A stretch of DNA of 60,455 nucleotides, filler included, from Sphacelaria rigidula (GCA_964200075.2; 7 parts of 7 records of this genome joined end to end with filler, not necessarily neighbours in it); one strand, 5' to 3'. Positions 1 to 12,659 are shown, numbered from the whole stretch's first letter. The notes: generated by a model not told the origin, from the sequence alone. A program made the numbers and translations.

Positions 1-110
1 GCAAAGCGCCGTGGTGTGTTCGGCGAGTCGCATGAAGGGTGAGCTGCATCCTGCTAGATTGTTCGGCCCGATGCCTACTGATTATCTTGCATTTGGATGA
101 CAGCCTCTCC
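1..110 (-). repeat. Fragment of interspersed non-LTR repeat family B, cut by the contig start
   Basis: Reverse complement of about 10745-10855 (gtgttcggcgagtcgcatgaagggtgagctgcatcctgct). Confidence 0.8.
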
Positions 111-1169
111 TATGAGATGCTTTAGTGTCTGATAGCGCCACTTCTAGAGACAGCCACGGCTTTTACACTGCCTCATGTGTGTCCCACCCGCAGAGGGGGG
201 GGGGGGGAGCGATGCCACTTGAGTCACTAAAGTAACGCCACCACAGATGCGGCTTGCTTTGAGGGTAGCGCTTGAGCGCCCACAGATGAACCCTTTCATC
301 TGATGGCAATATTTTAACGTGGACATGAAGCCGATTCAACACGTGGCCCGTACGCCTACCTGAGGCAATTTTTCAAACACAAAGAACTGCTCTCCTCCGG
401 GAAGTCTTTCCGTCACACTATTACCCCATCCACTTCCTCAGAACGAGCGCATGACCACAGAGGTTCTGCCTCTCTCTCCAGCGATACCTGCCTGACGTGT
501 TGCTGCTGACGATCCGATCAGCACCCCCGCACGCCGTCGATTCTCGTCGATTTCTGTCGGCTACTCGCGTCCTCGCGCTTTCAAATACAGAAGAGCGATT
601 CTTATCGAAAAACAACACATGTGCGAAGATTCGAAGCCCCGACCTTCACCTCTCCGCCGTTACTAGCCGGTACAGTTTTTGCTGTAGAGGGTAGAGTACA
701 ACAGTTCAACCGCCGGGGTGTGGCGGTACCGTAGTTCCTTTTTAATAGTCCCTTTGTAACTTTCAAACATGAGCGAGAAGAGTTCATACCCTCCATGACG
801 AAGGAATCGAGCCTGAACCAAAGTGGCCGTTTCCTTTGGCGGGCCGCCTCGGTGGTGGTGCGGCTGTGATCGTTCGTGTATCGAAGTTGGTATGCTGGAG
901 CGGTTACGGGTGCAAGTGAGAGACTTTTTGTGAGCCGACTCTCTTCTTGAAACTGACGATAGACCGAGGCAACGGCACAACACTCTCTCTCGAGAAATAT
1001 TCCCGAATCCATGCGGGTATTGGGCATCACTGTATTTTACGAGGACGTAACGGGTAGACAGACGGATAAGCATGCCATGACGTTGAGTTCAGCACCCATC
1101 CACTCACTTCCTTGGGCGCCGTGTCGAGCTCCCAGCTGCGTATCATCTCCGAACGAGCCTTCAAAAGCA

Positions 1170-2245
1170 TGTCTCATCAATTGGATAGACTGCTAGAGGC
1201 CGAGCACTTGAGTAAACCTGTACTCGGGAGGCGAGGGAAGGTGGGTGCCCATGTGTTTTGTTTTGCCTCCGCCGTACACGGGAGTAACCTCTGCGATGAG
1301 AATCTCGCTTGACAGCACCCGCGCAAAAGACCGAGCGCGTTACTTCACCACCACCCGATCATTGCTCAGCACAACCTCCATGTGGTGAAAATTACCGTAG
1401 TAACATCCGTAGCCCCCCCGCCCCGCCTATCCGCCGTTACCCCTCTCTTCGGGCTGTGTTGAGCAAAATTTCAAGCGCTACACGTTACGCTCGTTACGAG
1501 TCACGTCGTATCACATTTCACGTCAAAAGTCAAGCCAGACTAGTACTACGGTGGGGGCGGAGGCCACGTGGGGGCCCCTGTTCATAAGTCAAATCAAAGC
1601 AGGGCTCCCCACGTGCCCCCCCACCTTAGTCCTAGTCTGGCTTAACTTTTGACAAGTTTTGACATGGAACGTGAACGTAACGAGTGTAAGGTGTACACCC
1701 TTGCAAAAGAATTGGATTTCGAGCTATGGCCTCTGACTGACGACAAAAAGACAAGGCGGTCCGATAGATCCATGGCATTTCTGTTCGTGATATATATACA
1801 TACCCAGCCCCAGGGTTTTCTTTTAATCATCTGTGGATGCGTACTCAAGGGTGTGTTTCATCGATTGCACAGCTTGCTAGAGGCCGAGCACTCTAGTAAA
1901 CCCGTGTCCGGGACGTGAGGGGAGGTCGGCGCCCGTGTATTTATGCTTTGCCCACGTCGTACAAGGCCTGTACCAAAAATATCGCGTGAGATCACCCGTG
2001 AAAATCACCCAGCGGAATTCCCCGTCTCCTTCCCTGATGATAGCTTAAAATAGCAAAACTTCTGTGAGGTGAAAATTACCACAGTCACATCCGTAGCCCC
2101 CCCGCCCTTCCGTCACTCCCCCCTTCTGGCTGTTTTGGGGAAAAAACGGATTTTGACCCATGGCCCCTCGGAAGCTACTTGGCCTCCGCTTGAGGATGAG
2201 AAGAAAGGCGGTCCGATGCATCCATGGCATATCTGTTCGTAGTTT
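1170..2245 (+). repeat. Diverged tandem duplication of an interspersed-repeat unit
   Basis: Paired segments: ctagaggccgagcac...agtaaacc at about 1193 and 1877; gaaaattacc...catccgtagccccccc at about 1387 and 2071; aaggcggtccgat...catggcat at about 1752 and 2205. Confidence 0.7.
1481..1693. mobile_element. Foldback/MITE-like palindromic element flanked by TA
   Basis: The arms pair over most of their length: gtcaaaagtcaagccagactag with ctagtctggcttaacttttgac, and cacgttacgctcgttacg with cgtaacgagtgtaaggtg. TA lies at 1479-1480 and 1694-1695. Confidence 0.7.
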
Positions 2246-2441
2246 CCGGAGACACGAAATCGTCGGATACACAAGAACGTGTCGGGCCCAAGGACGCCAA
2301 AGCTCAAAAGTTGATTTACTCCTTACATATATTTTTCTCGATTGGGTATTGACTGCGTGTTCTCTTGCGTAAGACCTTCACCACCCGAAGCCACGTTGCA
2401 GAGGCCGACCCGTTCTAGTTTTTTTTCTTCTCCCTCTAAAG

Positions 2442-2734
2442 CAATGTTTTCGTGAGATTGAAAGTAGAGGATACCATCGAGAGTGAGAAGCGGTCAATGA
2501 AAGAATGAATTGTTTCAGTTCCGAAATGACCCACGAGGCCCGATACGCCTTCTATAGTAGCTTGCCACTGAAGGCCTTGATACCCCTGAGGAGGATATCG
2601 ACGTGTAGCTGTAAGCACACGCCAGTGTTACAGGCAAAGAAAAGCACAGTCAAGATGAAGAATTGACCACGCGAAAGCGAATGATGAAACCCAATCTCAA
2701 TCAACGCTCTACTCTCAATCTCACGAAAACATTG
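2442..2734 (+). mobile_element. MITE of about 290 bp, TIR CAATGTTTTCGTGAGATTGA
   Basis: Terminal inverted repeats caatgttttcgtgagattga / tcaatctcacgaaaacattg. Homologous copies occur on other contigs. Confidence 0.8.
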
Positions 2735-2899
2735 TTTCTATCCGATCGTGTCTGTCCCGCCCTTGTTTCGATTTGTTTCGATTTGTTTCGATTTTCCCTC
2801 AACGCGCGTTGCTGCTTTGTTTCATTTCGGGTACGTCTATCATGTGACCACTGGTAAATCCCTGAGGGATCGGCCGATGCACGAGAATCAATCAATCAT

Positions 2900-4330
2900 G
2901 CGTGTGTGTAATTGAACACTTTTAGCACCCAGTTGTGCAGGTGACGTTTTGTTGGCGTGGATATGTTGGGTGTTTGGAATAGCTGTTCTGATTAAAGACA
3001 CGGCGCCTACGTGCACACAGGGGGTTCTGGGCCCGCCAGGCCATTGCCATCCTTTCACATATCGACGTGTCGTAGTGAGTACAGCATAGCGTGTAGTACA
3101 GTGCAGTGCATTAATTTTGGGTCGGAGGAGACCATGAGCGGTGATTGTGCTGCCACGACCTGCAATATGGCACCTACGAAGGTTGGATAAGCCGTAGTGT
3201 ACAGGCGCGCCGCTTTTAGATTCTTGACAGTAGACAGACAACGACCCACAACTCCAAACCGCGCCCTCAACCGTGGACGTAGACTGTTTCACTTGCCATA
3301 GTCCATGCAAAAGCTAAAACTCTCTCTGATCTAGCTTCCGAGATGCGCAAAGGAGCCATTGAAATGTACGAGTGCCATACTCCAAATACACGCGAGACTG
3401 TCAGGTTGTACAATATTCTCGGAACAGAAAGCCTTCGGGGCTGTGAGCATGAGCCCATGTGACCGCCAGAAGTGGTGATGTGTTCAATCAGCATCATTTT
3501 CGCTCGGAAAAAACTGCGAGACCAATGTGTGTTTGTCTGGTGGCGCTCAAAGAATTTACCGGTCGACCCCCACGGTGGGTCCCCTACAGATTGAAACCTC
3601 GTTGGTGAGCGGCCAGAAGCACCGGTGAATTTTTGAATGTGGGACGAGTTTTGCGAGGTTTCGGAAGAATTACTCAGACCTTGATGGCATCCTGCTTTCA
3701 ACATATTCTCGAGCAAGGAAACGTCACATAGGTTGGTTGTGCTGGACATACCGTCTGCCATCTGCGTGCACCATGAGAGATGAGATTGACGGTGCCCGGA
3801 GTGTGTGGTGCCCTGAGGAACCAGCCCCCTGTCATCCATTTTTGTGCCTTCGTTGAATGTTGGACACAATTGCCGCCGGCAGTGGCGAAGCGGCTTAGTT
3901 CGACGGCAAGCAACTTGGCTTCCAACGCCTCCGCGAGCGCGCGTGTCGTCCGGTACTGGCAACAATGACAGTAATATAAGTCCTGTCCTCACGTGCACGA
4001 CGTACTCATCTCGTTCCTGGGTGAGAGCCCAGATCGGGAGCCCTACCTCGCAGGTCCTTCAACGCAGAGTAATTCTTGGTGCTGTGAGTACCCGCATCCG
4101 GGGTTATGGTCGCTTGAACAGTTGTTACGTTGCACGTCCCCGGCGGGCGAAAGTGTCTCCTCCCTCCTAGGGCGCCAATAATGGTGGGAGCTGCCCTCCG
4201 ATTGCGGTCCGAGTGTGTTCCCCATGACTTGCTGCTAGTCAAGGCCGGGCGTGCCCTGTCCGTCCAGCTGTAGTGCTGAGTGTGCCATGGGGTGAGCGGG
4301 TGGTCGAGACGGGTTGCAAGGGTGAGTGTT
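2900..4330 (-). mobile_element. Possible highly decayed tyrosine-recombinase retrotransposon (DIRS/Ngaro-like) relic
   Basis: Minus-strand peptide GWFLRAPHTPGTVNLISHGARRW resembles the DIRS RNase H C-terminus (H-x-P-G-x-x-N-x-x-A-D-x-x-S-R-W). Loosely YR-like segments follow in the expected order. Judged by eye only. Confidence 0.3.
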
Positions 4331-6122
4331 GTTCTCACTTGGTTACCCGTATCGGTAACTGATGTACCTAGTTGATGGGCCGCCTCGCGCAAGCTGCCGA
4401 CAGCGCCCAGGATCTGTTGGATCCTCAGGTAGTTTGTGGCCCTCACCGCAACGGCACAGGGTATGCTTCCCCCCCCGTCCCCCCCCCCCTCCAACCCGCA
4501 TCCCCTGCTGCAAGCTGTTACTGATGACGTTACAGTTTCATTGACTGCACGAGGTATGTTACAACAATCAAATAAAAATGAATAAAGGTAATACTGCAAA
4601 GGGCTCCTCGGCTGTAGACCGTTGTACTTACTGTGAACGTACTGTGCAGTCATCGAAATTGGCGAAGAGCTGATTTGAGTCATTTCCAAACAAATGACTC
4701 GGAGAAATCGAGACGGGTGGGCTCGAGTCATCACGCATCAACTCGCACATCCCTCCCGGTACAGGTACCGGTCAGACGCTTTCGGCTTGTGATGTTTGTA
4801 TTATAGGGCGGTGACCAAAAGTTAAGTAGGCACAAAGCAATTGTTCCTAACCACTGTCAGGCACAGCGGTCTGCAAGCTTTCTGCACCGGGAGAAGGGAT
4901 CTCGGTGTGGGATCGATTTCCGCCGTCGGCTTTGATCGAAAACCACTCGCTGGAGTCTCAAGGTCTTGATTTCTCGTAGGGCTTTTTCTGAGATGGGGGC
5001 GGGGGCGGGGGGCGGGGGGAGGCGGGTAATTGATAGCGCGAAACCAGGAAGTTGGCTGACGGGAGTGTTGACACAATCTCACCGACACACTTTGCGCTTG
5101 TGTGTGGGTCGAGCTGTTGTCAAACGATGAATACATGTATGAGGTGCTACTGGTGTGTTGACATGTCGAGCATTCAAACGTAACTCGCTGCGTGCATCGA
5201 TGCTTCAAAGCGCCTCCCCTCCCTCTTGTGACCTTGATAACCGAGTCCAAACACCCCACCACCCCATCACCGCCGAACCACCCTGTGCTGCTCTAGAGTA
5301 TGACGACGTACTTACATGCCCACCCCGTTTCAACGCTACCGATACGCGTAGGTGACACATTGGTCAACAACAGCCGCGCCTCGTTGCTGCCCAATCCGCT
5401 CCTTCCGTCAAGTGGTCGTTATATCGATACGAAGCATCACCATATGTGGGCCAATCTTGGCGCCATTTGCGGTGAAAAAGCCTCGCTGACCTCGACAACC
5501 CTGAATAACTTAAGCCCGTTAGATACACCTTTTTTATGGGCGCTTTTGTACTCTCATCGTCATGTGGCGATGTTTATTTTCGTCCATTTTCACCATGGAA
5601 GATGACTATCTCGCGTTCGCGACTGGAGTTGCGCACTTGACCGATATCCGCAGACCAAATTACTAGATTCCTCTGTCAGACGACCACAAGCGACTGTGAA
5701 AACGAATGCAACATGTGTCTTGGATGAAAAGAAAGTGATGCCCACATTTGAAGACAGCGTCAATCAGGCTCACCCTGGATGAGGCCGGAAGTTGTCCTTG
5801 TTGGGGGTATGTACCTCCCCCTCGTCCCCCCCCCCCGTCCTCTCCAGTACGACTTATATGCAACGAAAAAAGATCCGGCGCCACCACCCGGGTTTCCGGA
5901 AAATCCGAGGCCTAGGGGTGTCATACTATGTTATTCACCACGACGAGATAGTATGAGATTCGGCGAGTGTTTGCGTGCATTCAGTTCGGAGTCGAACCAG
6001 TCGGGTTATCTGCTGCTGTCCGCTACTCCCTTGCCTCCGTAACTTTAAAATAAGCCTTTGCAGGGTGTTCGCGCAAAAAAGCATCAATTTTGTATTCTGT
6101 AGATATCTCGTTTGCTCATACC

Positions 6123-6495
6123 GCCGATCGCCGCGGGGGCTCAGTTGGTAACCTCGAGATCTTGTGACGGCTGGGACGTGGGTTCGAATGTCGGTGAAGT
6201 CACACGATCTGGGATTTTTCCTCAGGTCCTTCTCGAGAGTGAAGGGCGACTATGTCGTTGGTACACGAAATTCGACTCAACGGTCAACGAGGGAAGGGGA
6301 TCCGCTGAACGCTTATCTCGACAATACAAAAGGCAAGCACCGCAGAAGGAAGGTGGACTACCAGAACAAAACAAAGATAAAACTCATGTCTTGACCTTCC
6401 TCCTGTGTGACCCCAGCTGATTGGCTCACATATGCCGAAAGGCGTAGATTGGCGTGCAGAATAGATAGGATGACAGCACCACACGGACAACAACA
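6123..6495 (+). mobile_element. tRNA-derived SINE
   Basis: Pol III A-box-like ggctcagttgg and B-box-like gggttcgaat, a body shared with the copies at 37953-39738 and 51738, and a CA-rich tail. Confidence 0.75.
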
Positions 6496-8553
6496 TTTCT
6501 ATACCTGAGTTTCATGGAGTGCTATGTGGTGAGCGGCTATCTGTCCTGTACCCGCGTAGTATTGGCACCAACATCTGCCAAAAATCAATTTTCGACTCCA
6601 AAGTTCGAGATCTTCCGGGCGGTGGTCGAACGATCGGAAGTATATGGTCGCACTCGACTCCGAGTAATCGACTAAGTAACTCGTTCGCAGGGGAAGTGTT
6701 AGGTGAGGTTTCCCCCTTCCTTGAAAGAAAACAAAGAGAGTGCGAATACGAGTCAAAATGCTGTTCAACCTCACTGTACAGCACGTGTTCACGCTGCTGC
6801 CTATACGCACCCGCGGCGCACGCATCTCTCAGCGCCGGATCGTTCGTTTATGTTCGTTTCGTGTGTTTTCATGGTTCCCCCGTGCGTGCCTGTTTGTTGA
6901 ACGTCTGCCACTGCGGCTGACTCCCTCAGGACTGGAACTTGTTGAAGAGCAGAGCGAAAAACTTGGCTGGGCAGGACGAGCGAGGCATGAGGAAAATCAC
7001 AAAAGCTGAGGTCCGACAGCACAATACCCAGCATGACTGCTGGTCTATTTTTAGGGGCAAGGTGCGTGTGGTACTACAGTAGAGGACTTGTTCGAAGTGC
7101 GGCCCTCTGCGGGGCCCCACTACAATGCAGTCAGGAACATTCGCCACATGGAGTAAAGCCCCCGAGTTTGACTCCAGCTTAACACGGGTGGGAGAGGACC
7201 GGGGGGGGAGGAGGGGGGATTTCTTTTCCTCATTTTTTATGATGTTTTCGAGTTTTTGTTCCCGCCTGCAGCGTCTCCCATCCCTCCAGAAACAAATGCT
7301 GAAAGAAATCCGAGGCCAGATTTTCGGAGAAATCTACAGTCAGTCTTGAATTGATATATTGCCGGATCTAGTCAAGAAATCTGCTTCTTGCCGAAAAGTT
7401 CGGATGTTTGCTTTTTGGGGGAAACAGACCCGTGAATAAGACCCCTAGTATGGCATTGATTGATTCACTTTTGTGACGGGGGGATCTTTGTACGATTTCG
7501 CAAGTTATGGTTTGTTTCGTTTTTCTCCGGCCCAAAGCTAAAAACTGTCCGCACTAAAAATCGCAAAACGTGTGCTGGAACCTATCAAAGTTGAACAATC
7601 CGCTCCGATGTGGCGATGTTCGGCCGTCTTTTTTATCGCAAATCACGCTCCCGGAGGGATATACTGTAGTGATGATTTTTATCGGTTTGTGCTTTGAGTC
7701 CCGTAGAAGAAGTTGTAGTGTCGAGACTTGAGTGAGAGCAGCGCAAAACTGGCACTATTGTTCGAAGTCGTAACACAATCTTGATCTTGGCTGCTAGTCA
7801 GCCAGCCCTGTTGACGTGTGCAGTGTGCAGTGTACAGTGGCGGTACAGCTTGAGTCCTGTTCGATCGTGCTGCAGATGGAGGAATGGAAAATAACCATGC
7901 TGTTCGTAAAATATTACCGTCTGTCAGCTATTGCGAAATATCCACCGTCAAGTTGTGCGTCGTGGAGGTTTTAATTTTAGCAAGAATACTTGGTAAAAGT
8001 AGCTATAGTAGTCATAGAAGCCATGTAGGGCTGTATTTCAGCATGATCGTGATTTCATTCTTGATCGTCCGCGGGCTCTACCGTGTCTTATTTGTCGGAG
8101 GTGATGAAGAGCGTGGCACTAAATGGGGCGCAACACTGTACAGCACATCTTCCCGGTGGGATTCGTGACTCCGCCCATCACCACAATTAGAGAATTCCGA
8201 CCATAGTAGTAATCGTACATGCATCGTCCTATCAATGCATTAGCTACAACAAGCGGGTTAATTTTTTTCCCCGGAGGGGACTTCCACCATCGCGTACAGT
8301 TAACCACTTATTTTTGTCTCAGTTTCCCGCCTTCCTCTGCGAACTCTTTGAGGTATGGGTACGCGTGGTATGCTCCTTGCCCTCTGTGACCACGGGTTCG
8401 AGAGATTGAGCTAATGTGACGAACATAATAGTAGTAGTAGTAATAATAATACTTTTTTTTTTGGGGGGGGGGGGGGGGGGGGAAAAAGCGTTGAACCCAT
8501 TCCCGAACACCTCAAGAATTACAATGTAGAAATATGACGCGTTCAAGGACATA

Positions 8554-8653
8554 NNNNNNNNNNNNNNNNNNNNNNNNNNNNNNNNNNNNNNNNNNNNTTA
8601 ATTAATTAANNNNNNNNNNNNNNNNNNNNNNNNNNNNNNNNNNNNNNNNNNNN
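8554..8653. other. Artificial contig spacer (N44-TTAATTAATTAA-N44)
   Basis: Exactly 100 bp, with a six-frame stop linker in the middle. Identical at all six gaps. Confidence 0.97.
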
Positions 8654-9751
8654 AGAAATCTGCTCCCCCTGGGAGGCATGAGCCTGAGTAACTCCCCCCC
8701 CCCCCCCCCAACCACTGCCACAGCCGGTTCACAATCACTATACGCTGACAAGCAAAGTGAGACATCCATCACAACTGTTATGCTTATCGCAATGGGCCAG
8801 TCGCGAAGTATCAACGCTTGGCATCGCAAACAGAGGGCCTCCCTGCCGCTACCATGGTATCGCCATTCGCTTGGTTGTGTCGCGTGAAATTCAAATGCTC
8901 GACGCGTACAAGACCTTGCCGTGGGTGCAGCTCTTCACTCTTGCCAGCCCTGCTGGAAGAAGACAGTGTGAATGATTCGTAGGATACAGCGCACAAGCAG
9001 TGCTGCACCTGGCTGCACCGCCATTTCGTTAGAGCTCATGACGTCTTGCACCACCGTCAGGGGTGGCGTTTTGCAATATCGTTACCTTGCGGCTTTGTCT
9101 GTTCTTTGTGAGTGCTGCCGCGCTGTCCGTACGGTGTCGCTGTTCTTCATCGTACCGCAATGTACTGCAGATTTTTGCATTGCACTGTAGTGCACAGTCT
9201 GTGCTGTATACTGCACAGCACTACAGTGCCCCTGCAGTGCAGTGAAGTGGTGCAAGTGTGGTGAAGCTTATGGTACGGTACGGTACGATGCCGCAGGTTA
9301 CGTCACAATACAGGCTCGCTATTGCTGTTTAGAGCTGTGCTGACCAACGCGTTTTCGAACCGGACGCTGGTCGATCACACATTTGGCGAGGTAGCCCGCG
9401 ACCAATCACTTTGACGAAAGCACTTCACGTCAAGCCACGTCACATCAGCTTCCGTCCTAATCTTTTTAGCGTCTAGACTGAAGTTTCATGCCCTTCCACT
9501 CTGAAGTTTTTCCAGTCTGGTTCTGAAGTGATTTTGATTTCCCCCCCCCGAAACTCTTTACTATCGATTGGTTTCTTTCCCCAGACTAACCCCAGAAAGT
9601 TGTCGCTGTAGGTTATCAATAACGTTGGGCGGAAGTGGCATGATTGGGCACAAAAATCGGAAATATCGCTGAAGTTGCCAGCCAAGCGAGTAAGTCCGCG
9701 ACCGGTTGAACAGAGCAGGGGTATCAATTTTCGTGTTACCCCCCCTCCCCC

Positions 9752-10670
9752 GTCGGCAGCGGTAAAGGTTTTGGAAACAGTACAGATGACAGCAGCTGAA
9801 AAAATACTTGGTTGCTCAAAAACGACGAGTAATGCAGCGTTGGGAGCAGAATTGGGAGTGCACACACATGAAACAGAGATATAACAAAATTGAAATGACG
9901 ACATGGCGTAAGGATCGTGCCAAGGAAAAGGTTGCCGACGATAGTTGATAGGGCTGTATGGAAAAATGACGAAAGGGCAGGCTGGAAAAGGGTGGAAAAG
10001 CGTATTCGAGAAAGTATAGGACATTGGAGGAATCCAAGGCGAGTTGAGGATCTTAGGTGAATGTTGAGGCATGAGGCAAAGTAAGATACGATCAAACTAC
10101 GAGAAAAAGAACCGCGAGGACGGAAAGTAAATAAGGAAGAGCACGTGAAGGTATATGGCGGGTTGAGAAAGGGGATAGGGATGAAAACATATCAGCACGG
10201 CCCAGTGGACTATGCAAAAAGGTCGGAAGTGCGATTTCGGGTGTAGGACCTGGACCTGCCAAAAACAAATAAATGTAACAGTAGTCGGGTGGAGGAGGAA
10301 GTAGATGCATAGAATTGCCCCTCTGGTGAAGCAATAGAGAGTAGAACCCAGATAGTGACATAATGTGAAAATACAAAAAGGAACGGGACCTGTTCAAGGG
10401 GGGAAGTGTCGAAAGTAAACGACGATGGCATGAACTCGTTTTATGCATCAGATAGCGTCGAGAAAACATCGCTATGCTAGGAGATGGATGGTGGCCACAG
10501 ACGGCAAAACAGGACGGGGAGATTTGTAAAAGTGTTTTCATAATGTATGGAAGAAACATAACAAGCGCCCAAATTTTGGAGTTCTCTATTAGGGGTAACG
10601 ATGGTGCTCCACGTCGAAAGGGATGCGTGGTAAACGGTCAAACGGCTGAGGCAAGCAACAAATGAGTGCG
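9752..10670 (+). mobile_element. 5'-truncated, decayed LINE (family A): post-RT region, CCHC region and 3' tail
   Basis: LETVQMTAAEKILGCSKTTSNAALGAELG and [11 protein letters not shown]...[20 protein letters not shown] match the RT-bearing LINE at 51986-54800. CCCCCTCCCCC flanks both sides. Confidence 0.85.
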
Positions 10671-10685
10671 CCCCCTCCCCCTCCG

Positions 10686-10970
10686 ACATTGTGTAAGCCG
10701 TGGCTGCATGTGGAAGAGGCGATGTCAGAAAATGAAACACCTCATTCGAGGCTGTCATTCAAATGCACGATAATTAGCACGCCTCGGGCCGAACAATATA
10801 AGCAGGATGCAGCTCACACTTCATGCGACTCGCCGAACACATCACGGCGCTTCGCGCTTCGCGATCGATTGCGAGCCTGGTCCGGCGAAAACCGGTCGTG
10901 CTCCGTCCCGGGTTTGTAGGGATGCAGGTCGATGGTCATATGACCTCTGCATGTAAGATCATGAGTACAC
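10686..10970 (+). mobile_element. Non-LTR repeat family B copy (SINE, or 3' end of a second LINE)
   Basis: Homologous to 11190-11485, 20915-21071, 25957-26030, 30728-30798 and 1-110. Ends in atgagtacac plus a C-rich tract. Confidence 0.75.
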
Positions 10971-11189
10971 GCCCCTCTCCCTTTTGATGATTGGCGTCGG
11001 TTGGTAACGACGCCGTAAAGTACGCCACTCACTGCGTAAGCTAGGCCATCAGGTTACCGTTTTTTCTCGCTTGCGTTTGCTTTGCGGTAATCATGATGGT
11101 GGTCGAGTTCGATCATTTTGTGTGGGGTGGAGATTCCCAACTCCATGCCAAGGGTATGATCGTACTACGTAGTGTGTCAATGGTGAGGC

Positions 11190-11485
11190 ATCCATGAGGC
11201 AGTGTAACCCGTGGCTGTTTTGGGAAGTGACGATAACAGAAAATGAAGCGGCCCATTCAAGACTGTCATCCGTCTGCAAGACAGCCAACACGCTTCGGGC
11301 CAATCAACGTAAGCAGGATCCAGCTCACCGTTCATGCAACTCGCCGAACACAGCACAGCGCTTTGCGCTTGATTTTTGATTGCGAGCCTGGTCCGGCGAA
11401 AGGCGAAAACTCGGCGCGCTCCGTCACGGCTGTGGATGCGAGGTCGATGGTCACATGACTACGGCATACATGACCATGAGTGCAC
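11190..11485 (+). mobile_element. Non-LTR repeat family B copy
   Basis: Diverged direct copy of 10686-10970, ending atgagtgcac plus a C tract. Confidence 0.75.
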
Positions 11486-12659
11486 CCCCCTTCCCCCCCT
11501 CTCAGTCAAAAATGAACACACAATGTCATCACGCGCGTCAATCATCCACTACATACGTAGGAATCGAAACAATGTCTGCGTACCTTTAGTTCCCTCGCTG
11601 CTCCTCGGTCATTGATACGACCGCATGCCTGTCCTTTCGTTTGTTTTTCGTCCTGTTTTCATCATCTCCATTCGCCACGGCCGGCTGTGAATGTAGCACG
11701 GCAACGCCTTTGTTCGCGCTGGTCTGTTGTGGTTGAACCTACGGCAGGAAATGACGTTTATAGCCACGTTCTGCCCCCCAGGGTTTTTGTTTCGATGTCG
11801 CTGTGTGCACCGAATATCGCTGCGTGTGCGGTCGTTGTGAACGCAACACACATGCACACTGCTCAACCACTTCAATTCCACCCGCGAAATTGCCGACAAT
11901 GAGGGTGTGGGCTTCTATGACACACTCATGAACCGCGTTCATTTGCTGTGCAACGTTTTATCCAACGTCTACCGTAGGACCACTCTTGTACGCAGACTGT
12001 GCTGCAGCTGTGTCAATGCCACTGACTTGGTCTCAGAGCATCTGCACTGGCCACATGGGTGCGCCCTGAGCGCGGGGGGTGACGAGGCAGTGGGGTTTCA
12101 GCTGGCTGTGCTCCCCACAACGCCATAGCGCATGCACACGCACAGCCAGGCTGCAACGTGTGTAAAGAAGCCCAACTCCTTTACTCCGTTTCCTTACGCA
12201 CCGCAACACTTGTCACACTTGTGTGGCGCTGCTACTGCTGCTACTGCTAGTGCCTGCTGTTGTTTGGAAGCGAAAACCATCCGAGGCCCCTGTAATTTTG
12301 AGTTGTAGTTCAACCCCGTGACCCCCCTGATATGAATCGAGCTCCCGACGCGAAAATGCTGGGGGATTAGTCCACCGACACCTGTCAGAAAATGCGGTGT
12401 ATCAGAGCTCTTTCAACGCTGACAAGTCCTTCAAAGTTGAATTTGCTGAGCTCGTCCCCTTGAGCGGCGTTCTGCCCGATAGTCCTGAGGACATTTGGGG
12501 GCCAACAGCATCAAAATCAACCACAGGTTCCCGGAAAAACATGTCGTCGCGAAGTAGTGCTTGCCATCTAAGCCATATGCAGAGCTCAAGTCGTCGTTGA
12601 TGTCGAGTACACCATCTTGATACAGTGTCACCATCCTGCCTTTGATGGTGTGCATGGCA

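Noticed and set aside
200-1073. Possible third LINE 3' end on the minus strand ending at a G/C tract
   Set aside because: Only a vague resemblance (GRYRWRERQNLC); too weak to call without a profile search.
6123-6200. tRNA genes at the SINE heads (also 39378 and 39073)
   Set aside because: A and B boxes are present, but there is no full cloverleaf and each continues into a shared 300-bp body and tail, so they are SINEs.
8598-8609. TTAATTAATTAA recurring about every 8.65 kb as a periodic biological motif
   Set aside because: It is embedded in N runs and is an artificial six-frame stop linker.
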